This document shows positions 35,404 through 45,935 of a stretch of DNA of 64,000 nucleotides, piece by piece. How positions within the stretch are numbered: the first letter of the stretch is position 1; every line of letters starts with the position of its first letter. The stretch lies in IMG/VR virus record IMGVR_UViG_3300024270_000011, one strand, 5' to 3'. The DNA comes from a virus. Its lineage: Duplodnaviria; Heunggongvirae; Uroviricota; Caudoviricetes. The position numbers were made by a program, and so were the translations under genes. The notes under the pieces were generated by a model. It was not told the DNA's origin. It did no database searches and worked only from the letters and a program-made list of their open reading frames with translations.

Positions 35404-37074
35404 TTGGAAGAGATTAGAGAAAATCCTCTCTACGAGCCAAGTAGACAGGACGCTATTCACTCCAAAGGCTTTGATATGGGAGGAACTACTCGTTACGGTA
35501 AGATGAAGGTCGGAGTAAAATCGCTCGATGATGCCGTATTGAATCTGGGCAGTTTGAAACATGCAACCCGCTTCAGAATTGATAAGGCTGCGATTTATCG
35601 TGCCTTGTACGATAATGACACCGAGCAATTAAGAGAAATCTCAAATTACTTTTATAAAACAAGTGGTATCTATAAACGCGTTTGTGAATATTTCGCAAAT
35701 ATGTACAGATGGGACTGGTATATTGTTCCAGAGATTTTTGATGATGCTGTCAAGGAAGATAAGATTATTAAGGATTTCCAAAAGATGCTTGACTTCCTTG
35801 ACTCCACTCACATCAAGTTGATGTGTGACAATATTGCACTTAGTGTAATCAAAAATGGTTGCTATTATGGTTATATTGTTCCAAGTGGAAATGGTATCAT
35901 TCTCCAGGAACTTCCTATTAAGTACTGTCGAGTAAGATACTTTATTGGTAATAAGCCGGCAATTGAATTCAATATGAAATTTTTCGATAATGAATTCCCC
36001 GACACTGTTTACCGTATGAAAGTTCTAAAAATGTTCCCAGAAGAGTTTGCTAAGGGTTATATGGCTTACAAACAGGGAAGATTAAAGCCTGATTATAGTG
36101 AAACAAGAACCATTGACAGTAGATTGCGCACCGATCTTCTCGGCGACACTGGCTGGTATCTTCTTGACCCAGACAGCACTGTCAAATTTAGTTTTGGAAA
36201 TGGTGGAAGTGGTAACGGAAATGATATTCCTTTGTTTATCAATGCTATTCCAGCCATCCTTGACTTAGACGCGGCGCAGGATTTAGACCGCCGCAAGCAG
36301 ATGCAAAAGTTGTTGAAAATTATTGTTCAGAAACTTCCTATGGATAAAAATGGCGATTTGATTTTCGACGTGGATGAAGCAAGAGATATCCATAATAATG
36401 CAGTACAAATGTTACGTAATGCTATTGGTGTTGACGTTTTGACAACATTTGCGGACATCGACTCCGTGGATACTTCAGACAAGACTACAAGCACTTCTAC
36501 CGATGAACTTGAGCGTGTAGAGCGTGCGGTATATAACTCTTTCGGTGTTTCAAATAACTTATTTAATACTGATGGTAACTTAAGTCTTGAGAAATCAATT
36601 TTGTCAGACGAAGCAAGTATGAGAACATTACTTTTGCAATTCCATATATTTTTCAATGATGTTGTGCAACAGCTCAACACTCAAAGGAAGAAATATAAAT
36701 TTAAATTCTATATGTTAGAAACTACTCAATACAACTATAAGGAACTTTCCAAGTTGTATAAAGAGCAAGTTCAAATGGGCTATTCTAAGATGTTGCCTCA
36801 GATTGCTCTTGGTCATACCCAGAGTGCGATTTTGGCTACTGCTAAGTTTGAGAATGAGATTTTGAAGTTGAGTGAAGTTATGATTCCTCCACTTATGTCT
36901 TCTACTATGAAAATGGAAGATTTAAAAGGCGGGGGCGAAAATAATAAATCAGTCTCAAACAATTCTCAAAAAGTATCAGAAGGGAATTCTTCAGAAAAGC
37001 AAGCCGGTCGACCAGAAAAGGCAGACGACCAGAAAAGTGAAAAAACCATTCAAAATAAAGAATCTATGAGTTAA
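35404..37074 (+). CDS. Portal protein
   Basis: 556 aa, TTG start with RBS; position between terminase and protease. Confidence 0.8.
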   Translation: MEEIRENPLYEPSRQDAIHSKGFDMGGTTRYGKMKVGVKSLDDAVLNLGSLKHATRFRIDKAAIYRALYDNDTEQLREISNYFYKTSGIYKRVCEYFANMYRWDWYIVPEIFDDAVKEDKIIKDFQKMLDFLDSTHIKLMCDNIALSVIKNGCYYGYIVPSGNGIILQELPIKYCRVRYFIGNKPAIEFNMKFFDNEFPDTVYRMKVLKMFPEEFAKGYMAYKQGRLKPDYSETRTIDSRLRTDLLGDTGWYLLDPDSTVKFSFGNGGSGNGNDIPLFINAIPAILDLDAAQDLDRRKQMQKLLKIIVQKLPMDKNGDLIFDVDEARDIHNNAVQMLRNAIGVDVLTTFADIDSVDTSDKTTSTSTDELERVERAVYNSFGVSNNLFNTDGNLSLEKSILSDEASMRTLLLQFHIFFNDVVQQLNTQRKKYKFKFYMLETTQYNYKELSKLYKEQVQMGYSKMLPQIALGHTQSAILATAKFENEILKLSEVMIPPLMSSTMKMEDLKGGGENNKSVSNNSQKVSEGNSSEKQAGRPEKADDQKSEKTIQNKESMS

Positions 37075-37084
37075 GGAGGATACT

Positions 37085-38806
37085 ATGGCTCAACATACAA
37101 GTATTAAGTTGGAAACTCCTTGTGAGTTTATTAATGTCACTCCTCTTAACCCACTGATTTCTAAATGTCAAATTAAGGTTTGCTATGTAAGTGACGAGCC
37201 TAATCGCAACAAAAGTATTATTACTAAAGATGTTGCGCGCGACATGGCTAACTCACTTCCAGGCAGTCCGATTGTTGGTTATTTCAATGAGGCAAAAGGT
37301 GACTTTGAAGAGCACAATCGAGTTATTGATATTTCCAATGGAAAATTTACTATTAAAGATAAAACACGACCATATGGCTTTGTCGATTTAGGTGCAAAGG
37401 TTTGGTTCCAGAAGTTTTTAGACGATGGACAGATTGAGCGTGAATATCTAATGACCGAAGGCTATATTTGGACAGGTCAGTATCCTGAAGCGCAAAGAAT
37501 CATTGACGAGGGTAATAACCAGTCAATGGAATTAGATGAAGATTTAATTGATGCGTTTTGGACAAAAGATAGTAAAGGAAAGCCTCAGTTTTTCATTATA
37601 AATGAGGCAATTATTTCAAAACTTTGTGTTTTAGGTGAAGATTGCGAACCTTGTTTCGAGGGGGCCAATATCACTTCGCCACAAATCACATTCTCATTTG
37701 AGGATGGCTTCAAGGAGCAGCTCTTCTCAATGATGAATGAAATCAAGAAAGTTCTAAATGAAGGAGGAGCGCCTACAGTGTTTACAAGATATGCTGTTGA
37801 AATTGGCGATTCCTTATGGAGTGCTATCTATTCTTATTTAGAGCATACATATCCACGTGCTAATGACGAGGGTTATGTGTATGATTCTATTTATAGAATT
37901 GAAGGCATTTATGAGGAAGGTAGTCAAAAGTTCGCTATTCTTCAGAATCGTTCTAATAGCAAGTACTTTAGAATGAATTTCTCTTTGGATGACAATACAG
38001 GTTTTGCTGCTTCTGCCGAATTGGTTGAAGTAACTAAGACTTATGTTCCTGCGGCTCAGCCACAGTTCGCTCTTGAGGATGTTGAAGCTTTCGAGCTTGA
38101 ATATGCTAAGAAGAAGAAAAAGGCTGAAGAGGATGAGGACGATGATGAGTCCAAGAAGCCTGGCGAGGAAGGTAAGGAAGACCCAGAAGACAAGAAGAAG
38201 TCAGGCGAAGAGGATGATGAAGATGATTCTGATGACGACGACGCCGATGATGACGAAGATAAGAAGAAGAAAAAGAAGACTAAGTTTGCTAAGTCCGAGG
38301 ATGATGACGAGGACGAAGAGAAGTGTCCTAAGTGCGGCAAGCCTATTTCCGAGTGTGAGTGCGAGGATGAAGAGGATGATGACGAAAACAAGGGCAAGAA
38401 AGGCAAATACAACTTGGATGAAATTGAAGAGTATGTAGAGCTTAGTCAGAAATATTCTGCTCTTGAAACCGACTATAACAACATGAAAGCTGAAATGGCT
38501 AAGTTGGTCGAGTTCAAGAAATCTATTGAAAAGAAAGATAAAGAAGCTATGATTGCAAGTTTCTATATGCTTTCTGATGAAGAGAAGAAAGATGTTATTG
38601 ACAACATTGATACTTATTCTCTTGATGAAATTGAAGCAAAGCTTTCAATTATTTGTGTTCGCAACAAGGTCAATTTCAACCTTGATGAAGATAAAGATGA
38701 TAAAAACAACAAGCCTACCACATATAGCTTAGATGGTGGTATGGGGGACGAAAACGTTCCTGCTTGGGTTAAGTCACTTCGCAATGTTGCGAAATCTATG
38801 AACTAA
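37085..38806 (+). CDS. Prohead protease-scaffold fusion
   Basis: N-terminal protease-like domain (QSMEL...LCVLG..EPCFEGA); acidic/Lys-rich linker; coiled-coil C-terminus. Confidence 0.75.
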   Translation: MAQHTSIKLETPCEFINVTPLNPLISKCQIKVCYVSDEPNRNKSIITKDVARDMANSLPGSPIVGYFNEAKGDFEEHNRVIDISNGKFTIKDKTRPYGFVDLGAKVWFQKFLDDGQIEREYLMTEGYIWTGQYPEAQRIIDEGNNQSMELDEDLIDAFWTKDSKGKPQFFIINEAIISKLCVLGEDCEPCFEGANITSPQITFSFEDGFKEQLFSMMNEIKKVLNEGGAPTVFTRYAVEIGDSLWSAIYSYLEHTYPRANDEGYVYDSIYRIEGIYEEGSQKFAILQNRSNSKYFRMNFSLDDNTGFAASAELVEVTKTYVPAAQPQFALEDVEAFELEYAKKKKKAEEDEDDDESKKPGEEGKEDPEDKKKSGEEDDEDDSDDDDADDDEDKKKKKKTKFAKSEDDDEDEEKCPKCGKPISECECEDEEDDDENKGKKGKYNLDEIEEYVELSQKYSALETDYNNMKAEMAKLVEFKKSIEKKDKEAMIASFYMLSDEEKKDVIDNIDTYSLDEIEAKLSIICVRNKVNFNLDEDKDDKNNKPTTYSLDGGMGDENVPAWVKSLRNVAKSMN

Positions 38807-38836
38807 GTGAAAAAATTTTAAGGAGGAAATATAGAA

Positions 38837-39679
38837 ATGCTTAGAGAATTGCTTAAAAAGAGCATTAAGTCTCAGGCTTCCTACGTTGAAGTAGGCTATG
38901 GTCAGGTTGAGCCTAACCACTTGTCTGCACAGCGTACAGCTCAGATTTACGCTCAGCTTCCTGCAGCTTCCGATATTGAAGTTCTCGAGCAGGGACAGTT
39001 TGTTAAGTATGACTATGCAAACGGCCTTGTTAACTTTACCGGTAAGGGCGAATGGATGCTCGTTTATAATGAGACAAAACTTTATCGTGAAGAGCAGTTA
39101 GATTGCGAGTTCGCACTCGTTAAGGAGCATTATGGTGCTCGTGTATACAGCCCACTTGATGGCGAGAAGGCTCAGGAGATGTACGGTCCTACTCGTTTCT
39201 TGCAGGGTGTAAGAGAAGTTTATGACCCAGTAACCAAGACTTTTAAAGACCTTGGCGATGCTTTCCCTGTTTATGGTAAAGATGGTAAGCCAGTTCTTGA
39301 TGCTGACGGTAATCAGGTAGTTGCTGACTTCTCTGTTGCTGCTAAGTATCATGATTATTATGAGCTCTCTGATATTAACAACCCAGATATCGCTGAGGAA
39401 GATAGAAAGAGATTGTTTATGAAGCTTCGTGAATACGAAGAGAAAATGATGCCTACTGGCACAACTATGGTTCCACGTGTCTTCAAGACTAACGTTGGTG
39501 ACATTATGACTACTAACACAATCAACGCAACTGAATTGGCAGTTGGTGACATTCTTACTCCAGGTGCTAAGGGTATCCTTGAGCCAACTGAGGCTGAAAC
39601 TGGTATGCTCTGGCAGGTAGTTAAGGTATATACTATGCCTGACCATCAGCGTGGCGTTAAGATTATGAGAATTCAGTAA
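38837..39679 (+). CDS. Head decoration/cement protein
   Basis: 280 aa between scaffold and capsid; optimised codon usage. Confidence 0.55.
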   Translation: MLRELLKKSIKSQASYVEVGYGQVEPNHLSAQRTAQIYAQLPAASDIEVLEQGQFVKYDYANGLVNFTGKGEWMLVYNETKLYREEQLDCEFALVKEHYGARVYSPLDGEKAQEMYGPTRFLQGVREVYDPVTKTFKDLGDAFPVYGKDGKPVLDADGNQVVADFSVAAKYHDYYELSDINNPDIAEEDRKRLFMKLREYEEKMMPTGTTMVPRVFKTNVGDIMTTNTINATELAVGDILTPGAKGILEPTEAETGMLWQVVKVYTMPDHQRGVKIMRIQ

Positions 39680-39698
39680 GAAAGGAGAGTATTGAGTA

Positions 39699-40808
39699 AT
39701 GGCTTTAGATAGAAATAACTTAGTACAGTTGATGAAAACTGTAGCAAAAGCTGACCCTTCCGCTCCTGTTTCTTACAGCTTTAATGGCGAGAATTTCAGC
39801 TATGATGCCCTGAACGAATGCCTTCGTCAGGAGCTTAATGAATATGCTGGTACATATTCACTTTATAGAGAGAACAAGAATTTAATCTTCTCTATTATCG
39901 AAGAGACTTTGGATGAAGTCCTTCCTAAGAAGGTTGAGCAGGCTTATATGCAGTTTGCTGAAACCAAGACCTTTGCACAGGGCGACAAGCCTATGTTCAA
40001 GCGCAAGAGAGATGCACGTCAGCGTGCTAAGCAGTTCGTAACTCGTGTTGGTCTTACTGGTATTTACGAAGTATTCAAGCTTGGTAAGTCCGAAGACGAG
40101 AGCTTCGAAGTTCGTACATCTGCTATCGGTGGAGCAGCTCAGATTGGATTTGAGGAGTTCCTTGATGGTCGTGTAGACTTCGCTGAAGTTACTGCTATTA
40201 TCATGGAGGGTATGGACGAACTCGTATTCAAAGAGGTTGGTCATGCTCTTAAGGCTTCCGTTAACCAGTTGCCACCTGCAAATATTGTAGTTGCTAATGG
40301 TTTCGACGAGAAGGAATTCGATAGACTCCTTGTTATTGCTTCCGCTTATGGTGAGCCTTCTATTTACTGTACTTACGAGTTCGCAGTTAAGATGGTTCCT
40401 ACTGAGGGTTGGAGATATACTGAGGCTATGAAGCAACAGTTGTGGGATACTGGTCACCTTGCAACTTACAAGGGACGTAAGGTTATTATCCTTCCTCAGG
40501 GTCTTGAAGATGAGACCAATACTCGCAAGGTAATCGATCCTGGTTACTGCTACATCATCCCAGCTGGTGCTGATAGCAAGCCTGTTAAGATTGCATTCGA
40601 GGGCGGCACAATCGTTGATGAATATGTTAACGCTGATAGAAGCCGTGAGATCCAGGTATACAAGAAGGTTGGCGTAACTGCTATGTTGGCTAACAACATC
40701 TGCGCTTATGCTGATACAAGCTTGATGGGTCAGATGAATATTAAGGGTTCTACTTGGGATAGCTCTTTCTTCGTAAATGAAGTTGCTGCTTATCACAAGG
40801 GTGAATAA
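39699..40808 (+). CDS. Major capsid protein
   Basis: 369 aa of HK97-like size; strong codon bias; followed by a terminator. Confidence 0.8.
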   Translation: MALDRNNLVQLMKTVAKADPSAPVSYSFNGENFSYDALNECLRQELNEYAGTYSLYRENKNLIFSIIEETLDEVLPKKVEQAYMQFAETKTFAQGDKPMFKRKRDARQRAKQFVTRVGLTGIYEVFKLGKSEDESFEVRTSAIGGAAQIGFEEFLDGRVDFAEVTAIIMEGMDELVFKEVGHALKASVNQLPPANIVVANGFDEKEFDRLLVIASAYGEPSIYCTYEFAVKMVPTEGWRYTEAMKQQLWDTGHLATYKGRKVIILPQGLEDETNTRKVIDPGYCYIIPAGADSKPVKIAFEGGTIVDEYVNADRSREIQVYKKVGVTAMLANNICAYADTSLMGQMNIKGSTWDSSFFVNEVAAYHKGE

Positions 40809-40845
40809 TTCTTGGTTTAACCTAATATAATATAGAAATAGATTA

Positions 40846-40884
40846 GAGGGGGAAATGGGGAAATCCCCACTTCCCCCTTTTTTC
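40846..40884 (+). terminator. Intrinsic terminator after the capsid gene
   Basis: AGGGGGAA..TGGGG/CCCCA..TTCCCCCT then T-tract. Confidence 0.8.
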
Positions 40885-40913
40885 ACTTTATGAGAAAAAG
40901 GAGATTAAATTTT

Positions 40914-41495
40914 ATGGAAAAGACTATTACTATTAAGAATAGAAGTGCCGGTCAGGTAACTTATATGATTCCTGAAGATGGCATTCGTCGTTCTTTTGCA
41001 CCAGGTGAAGCAAAGAAAATTACTCAGGAAGAACTTGAGCATTTGACTTTCCAACCAGGTGGAAAAGAAATTCTTGCAGGTTTCTTGCAGATTATTGAAG
41101 AAGAAGGTAGACAGATTGCAGGCCTTCAAGTAGAGCCTGAATATAACATGAGCGAAGCTGATGTTGTTAGATTGATTCAGACAGGTTCTCTTGATGAATT
41201 TCTTGATTGTTTGGATTTTGCGCCAGTTGGTGTTATCGATTTAATTAAGAAGCTTTCTATTAGCGTTCCTCTTTATGATATGCAGAAGAGAGTAGCTTTG
41301 AAGAAAAAGACTGGCTTCGATGTTGATGCCGCTTTGAAAAACATTGCTGCTGAGAAAGAAGACGAAGATGGAACAATCTTAAAGCAGGCTGCTCCTGAGC
41401 GTCGTGTGAAGAAAGATGAGGTTCCAGCAGGTCGCAGAACTACTCCAAAGTACAATGTGGTAACACCTAAGGTTGAGGAGAAGTCTGCTGAGTAA
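40914..41495 (+). CDS. Head-associated hypothetical protein
   Basis: 193 aa from ATG 40914, AAGGAG RBS. Confidence 0.6.
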   Translation: MEKTITIKNRSAGQVTYMIPEDGIRRSFAPGEAKKITQEELEHLTFQPGGKEILAGFLQIIEEEGRQIAGLQVEPEYNMSEADVVRLIQTGSLDEFLDCLDFAPVGVIDLIKKLSISVPLYDMQKRVALKKKTGFDVDAALKNIAAEKEDEDGTILKQAAPERRVKKDEVPAGRRTTPKYNVVTPKVEEKSAE

Positions 41496-41516
41496 TTGTA
41501 GATAGGAGGATTTAGT

Positions 41517-42113
41517 ATGGCTGAAACAAATCAGACACAATTCTCAGCTATCTATAATCGCTTTCTTGGAAAAATTACTGATGATATGTACATGGAACTG
41601 ACACCAGAAGACACCTTGAAAGATTTGCAAAGTCTTTTGTTAGATGCGATTCCTGGCTTTGAGTTTCCACGAGTTGTGCTTGATGGAAACTACACTATCG
41701 AAACCGTTGTCCTCCCTGAGAACGAAGTATTGCCAGGTGATTTCATTATTGGTGTTATTTGGAATGAACTTCCAGAAGATGCTGGTATTCAGACTCCAGA
41801 TGTAATTGTTGAAAAATCCCATTTCAACACTGAATTAACTTCCGAAGAAATCAACATTCTTGCGCTCTTGATGAAACAAGGTTGGGTTCAACGTCAAGTA
41901 GCATCCATTGAGAACACTCGTATGAAATACAGTGGCTCAGACTTTAAGTTTACTTCACAGGCTAATCATTTGGCGAAGTTGTTAAACTTATTGGAAGAAG
42001 CTCGTAGAGATTCTTTCCATATGCAACGCTTATATAAGCGTAGAAAGGTCGACGCAGATGGTCGAATTAGTTCGAACTGGTCTGTGTTAATGGAAACAAG
42101 TGCTCTTAAATAA
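41517..42113 (+). CDS. Putative head-tail adaptor
   Basis: Position and helical character. Confidence 0.5.
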   Translation: MAETNQTQFSAIYNRFLGKITDDMYMELTPEDTLKDLQSLLLDAIPGFEFPRVVLDGNYTIETVVLPENEVLPGDFIIGVIWNELPEDAGIQTPDVIVEKSHFNTELTSEEINILALLMKQGWVQRQVASIENTRMKYSGSDFKFTSQANHLAKLLNLLEEARRDSFHMQRLYKRRKVDADGRISSNWSVLMETSALK

Positions 42114-42405
42114 ATATAATATTGATTTCAGTCAGGAAGATTTAGTTAAAAATGTTCAACGTTTAACCAACCAATTATGGAAATTAATTCCGATGCGTGA
42201 ACATGAAGAGGATTGGCAAAAACAATTGGATACTGTAATATTAGAAGTAGTAGGACTTAATGAGATTTTCATTGGTCCTATTTTTCTACAAATGCTTAGT
42301 AAATTAGAAGGATTGCGTGTACAAGAAACCACTTTTGAACTATACCGCAAAACTATTTTTGAATGCATTAGTATTTTGCAGGAGTTAAGCCATGTCAAGT
42401 TATGA
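42100..42405 (+). CDS. Hypothetical virion/morphogenesis protein
   Basis: 101 aa, overlapping both neighbours. Confidence 0.55.
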   Translation: MLLNKYNIDFSQEDLVKNVQRLTNQLWKLIPMREHEEDWQKQLDTVILEVVGLNEIFIGPIFLQMLSKLEGLRVQETTFELYRKTIFECISILQELSHVKL

Positions 42406-43525
42406 CGATAAGAAACGCAATACTTCTTTAAATTTGATGGCTGGCCGCCTTGGCGTTTTTAACCTGGGTGACAAAAAACCAATTCCCGTTGAGGGAGACG
42501 GTAAGGCTGAGGAAACTTCTCTTGAAGGCTTCCAACATCAATCTACACTATTGAGATACAATGGTGGTCATGCGCAACATGACAGAATGGTCTTTGATAA
42601 AAGACGTTCTTTAGATAGAGCATTACTGTATTCATATCAAGCCGCAACAGTTAAAAAAGTTAGTGGAAAAGAAAGCGAAGATGGATTCGTAGAGAATTCA
42701 GCAAGCAAAAGAAAAGTTCGAGCTTTGATTAACCCAAATAAATTAAAGCAAGACTATGATGATAAAATTATTTCCATTCCATACGAAGAGGGCTTCGGAT
42801 GTGGAGACGTTTTTGAGTGGGAAGGAACACAAACACATTGGTTAATTTATCTACAAGACCTTACTGAACTTGCCTATTTCAGAGGGGATATTAGAAAATG
42901 TACGTTGAGTATTCAATGGTTAGACGATGGCGTTGTTCACAACACCTTTGCCGCAATCCGAGGTCCAGTAGAAACAAAAGTTAACTATATTCAGAAACAT
43001 GGTATTAGTGTAGACGAACCTAACCACAGTCTGAATATTTTAATGCCTAAGACACCAGAATCTTTGAAATATTTTCAGAGATATTCTAAATTCTATTTAT
43101 CAAGAAGTATGGAAGAAGAGCCTAATATTTGTTGGCGAGTTGAAGCCACAGACTGGATTTCTACTCCTGGTATTTTAGAAATTACAGCTGTTGAGTATTA
43201 TGCCAACGATGATGAAGATGACTTAGAGAAAGGAATTGCGGGCGGCCTCGTTGTTGTACCGGAGAGTCCAAACCCTGAGCACATTGACACATTGATTAAA
43301 GGTGACGTATTTATTAAGCCAAGAATTGCTTATGAGTATAGATGGATTGGTCCTAATAATGGCAACCTTTGGAAAGTTGATTCTAAATATCCTGTAACCA
43401 TTGAGGTTGATAGAAATAGCACAGGTGTTTGTCTTGTTAAGTGGAATAGCTCTTATAGTGGTGAATTTGAGCTGTCTTATGGTAATTATTATACAAAGAA
43501 GATTGTTGTTCAGTCTTTGTTTTAA
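42392..43525 (+). CDS. Putative head-closure/neck protein
   Basis: 377 aa, beta-rich; position. Confidence 0.45.
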   Translation: MSSYDDKKRNTSLNLMAGRLGVFNLGDKKPIPVEGDGKAEETSLEGFQHQSTLLRYNGGHAQHDRMVFDKRRSLDRALLYSYQAATVKKVSGKESEDGFVENSASKRKVRALINPNKLKQDYDDKIISIPYEEGFGCGDVFEWEGTQTHWLIYLQDLTELAYFRGDIRKCTLSIQWLDDGVVHNTFAAIRGPVETKVNYIQKHGISVDEPNHSLNILMPKTPESLKYFQRYSKFYLSRSMEEEPNICWRVEATDWISTPGILEITAVEYYANDDEDDLEKGIAGGLVVVPESPNPEHIDTLIKGDVFIKPRIAYEYRWIGPNNGNLWKVDSKYPVTIEVDRNSTGVCLVKWNSSYSGEFELSYGNYYTKKIVVQSLF

Positions 43526-43552
43526 ATAGAGAGTTAAAGGAGTTTAAGAGAT

Positions 43553-44152
43553 ATGAAAGTTGAAAGATATAAAGCCCCAAAATCAAGTTTCTTATCTGTT
43601 GAAAAAGACCTTAGCATTATCGTAAAAGAAATGTTTAAGTCCCCTCGCCTTCAGAAGCTTCTGCATTATGAAGTTTCAGATGCTTTAAAAAGAGATAATT
43701 TAAGCGAGGAAGATAAGTTAGCTTTATTTGGTAAGAACATTAAAATCGTTCCGAAATTAAGTGTTGATGGAAAATGTCTTAATTATGTAATTATTAGTTT
43801 TGATAATTTTACACCAAATGACTCTAATCCGGAATTCAGAGATAATATTATTGAATTTGATGTTATTTGTCACTTTGACCAGTGGCCAATGCGTGATTTC
43901 CAGTTGCGTCCATATCGTATTGCAGCTGAATTAGATTCTTTGTTTGATGGAACTCATCTTACTGGAATCGGCACTTTGCAGTTTGTAGGAGCTAATCAAA
44001 TTATTCTAACAGATGAATTTGCTGGTTTATGTTTAATGTATCAGGCAGTTCATGGTGAAGAGGATAAGAATAGTTATACTCCAGTAGAAGAGGACCAAAT
44101 CCACTTTAAACAACTGTTAGAAGAAATTGCGGCCGAGGCTATTGAGGAGTAA
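43553..44152 (+). CDS. Putative tail terminator/completion protein
   Basis: IEFDVICH...LRPYRIAAELDSLF pattern; position. Confidence 0.5.
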   Translation: MKVERYKAPKSSFLSVEKDLSIIVKEMFKSPRLQKLLHYEVSDALKRDNLSEEDKLALFGKNIKIVPKLSVDGKCLNYVIISFDNFTPNDSNPEFRDNIIEFDVICHFDQWPMRDFQLRPYRIAAELDSLFDGTHLTGIGTLQFVGANQIILTDEFAGLCLMYQAVHGEEDKNSYTPVEEDQIHFKQLLEEIAAEAIEE

Positions 44153-44877
44153 TGGATGTAAGACTTGCTTTAATGGCGGGTTCTGATATTCCTATTCCAG
44201 AGTGTCAACTTACTCTTCACCAACCCTCCATTAAAGAGATTTCCTTCTTGGGGGAAGATGATTTTTTCATTGGGGTCCAATGCTTATGCTTACATAAGAG
44301 TATGTTCGTAGAGGACAAAGATGCTCTATCTGATATAAATAATTTTCAAATATTTATGACGATGATGATGGATAAAAGTACGGCAGATAAAAAAGTCTGC
44401 GTTCAACAGTTGTTAACTTTACTTTTTCCTAAATATAAAGTTCTAATGACTCCACGTTCCATACTTTTTCAAAGCGAAGGCGGCTCTCAAATGGTAGACG
44501 ATTCCAATTTTGAAGCACTTCAAAATGTTTTGAGAATGGTCTTTTGCGCCAACACTGGCCCTATGGACCAGCAAGCATTCAATCCGGCAAATGATAAGGC
44601 TCGAGAGATAGCGCAAAAGCTTATGAGAGGTCGTCAAAGGGTTGCCGCACAAAAAGATGGTGGCAATCAAAGCTCGTTTAGTAGATATCTTTCAGTTTTG
44701 ACTATTGGTTTAAACTCCATGTCATTGCAAGATTTAACGAATTGTACAATGTTCCAGTTGTATGATTTATTAGAAAGATATATGCTATATATCAATTGGG
44801 ATATCAACATCCGCACTCGTCTTGCGGGTGGTAAGCCAGATTCCCAACCTGAAGATTGGATGAAAAATATCCATTAA
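44152..44877 (+). CDS. Hypothetical tail-module protein
   Basis: 241 aa, coupled start/stop. Confidence 0.5.
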   Translation: MDVRLALMAGSDIPIPECQLTLHQPSIKEISFLGEDDFFIGVQCLCLHKSMFVEDKDALSDINNFQIFMTMMMDKSTADKKVCVQQLLTLLFPKYKVLMTPRSILFQSEGGSQMVDDSNFEALQNVLRMVFCANTGPMDQQAFNPANDKAREIAQKLMRGRQRVAAQKDGGNQSSFSRYLSVLTIGLNSMSLQDLTNCTMFQLYDLLERYMLYINWDINIRTRLAGGKPDSQPEDWMKNIH

Positions 44878-44900
44878 ATAAATAAGGAGGAATATGCACT

Positions 44901-45860
44901 ATGAAATTTGGTGTTCGTGAGATTTGCGACGTTGTTTTAAAGGCTAAAGCAGCGCAGAAGATTGGTAATAAAATGTTCTATGCTAACGAACCTGTAATTT
45001 ATTTCGATACCCTTAAGACTTCAAGCATGGAAGGTGCAGCAACAACTGTTTATGCACAGGGTGGTCGTGGTAACTCCCGTTTGGTAGCATGGGAAGGTGA
45101 AAGAACTGTTACTTTCACTATGGAAGACGCTTTAATTTCTCCAGAAGGCTTTATGATTCTTTCTGGTGCCGGATTGGTTGAAGCTTCTACTGATAAGCCT
45201 ATTTATCAGCATATGACTGAGACTATCGATGCTAAGGATGTTACTTTGGCAGAAGATGGTGGCAATATTGTTGTTAAGTTGTCTGAGATTCCTTACTTAC
45301 CAGCAGACAATGCTGATAACTTTGCATATGTAATGTTCATGAAAGATGGCGAAATCATCTCTGAGCCTTACATTCCTGTTCATGATGGCAATACCAACAA
45401 TGTTAAGCAGTTGACTGTTCAGACTGTGGATGACCTTCACGGCGAGGCTGGTGACCATGCTTATACTTTAGGTACTGTTCCTAACAAGAACCAGTTCGAT
45501 AGCGTATTGGTTGACTACTATGTAGCTCGTACCGGTGGCGCACAGCAGATTGAAATTACAGCTGATAAGTTCGGTGGTAACTACTACCTCGAAGCTGCTA
45601 CATTGTTCCGTGACCAGAGCGGTGTTGACATGCCTGCAGAATTTATCATTCCTAACTGCAAGATTCAGTCTAACTTCACATTCACTATGGCTTCAAGCGG
45701 AGACCCAAGTACATTTACTTTCACTATGGATGCGTTCCCTGATTATACCAGATTCGACCGTTCCAAGAAAGTTCTTGCTGCTATCCAGGTAATCCGTGAC
45801 CTCGGAGAGGTTTCTGATGACCATCGTCTTGAGACTCAGTTTGCCGCTATTAACGGCTAA
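44901..45860 (+). CDS. Major tail (tube) protein
   Basis: 319 aa; strong codon bias; FTFTMASSGDPSTFTFTMDA; terminator follows. Confidence 0.75.
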   Translation: MKFGVREICDVVLKAKAAQKIGNKMFYANEPVIYFDTLKTSSMEGAATTVYAQGGRGNSRLVAWEGERTVTFTMEDALISPEGFMILSGAGLVEASTDKPIYQHMTETIDAKDVTLAEDGGNIVVKLSEIPYLPADNADNFAYVMFMKDGEIISEPYIPVHDGNTNNVKQLTVQTVDDLHGEAGDHAYTLGTVPNKNQFDSVLVDYYVARTGGAQQIEITADKFGGNYYLEAATLFRDQSGVDMPAEFIIPNCKIQSNFTFTMASSGDPSTFTFTMDAFPDYTRFDRSKKVLAAIQVIRDLGEVSDDHRLETQFAAING

Positions 45861-45879
45861 TTGATACATAAGAATTTTT

Positions 45880-45909
45880 AGGGAGAGGTAGAAATACCTC
45901 TCCCTTTTT
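45880..45909 (+). terminator. Intrinsic terminator after the tail tube gene
   Basis: GGGAGAGGTA-GAAA-TACCTCTCCC-TTTTT. Confidence 0.9.
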
Positions 45910-45935
45910 GTTATTTGTGAAAAAGGAGGAGTGTA

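Noticed and set aside
39098-40886. Minus-strand ORFs over the decoration and capsid genes
   Set aside because: Shadow frames of highly biased structural genes; no RBS
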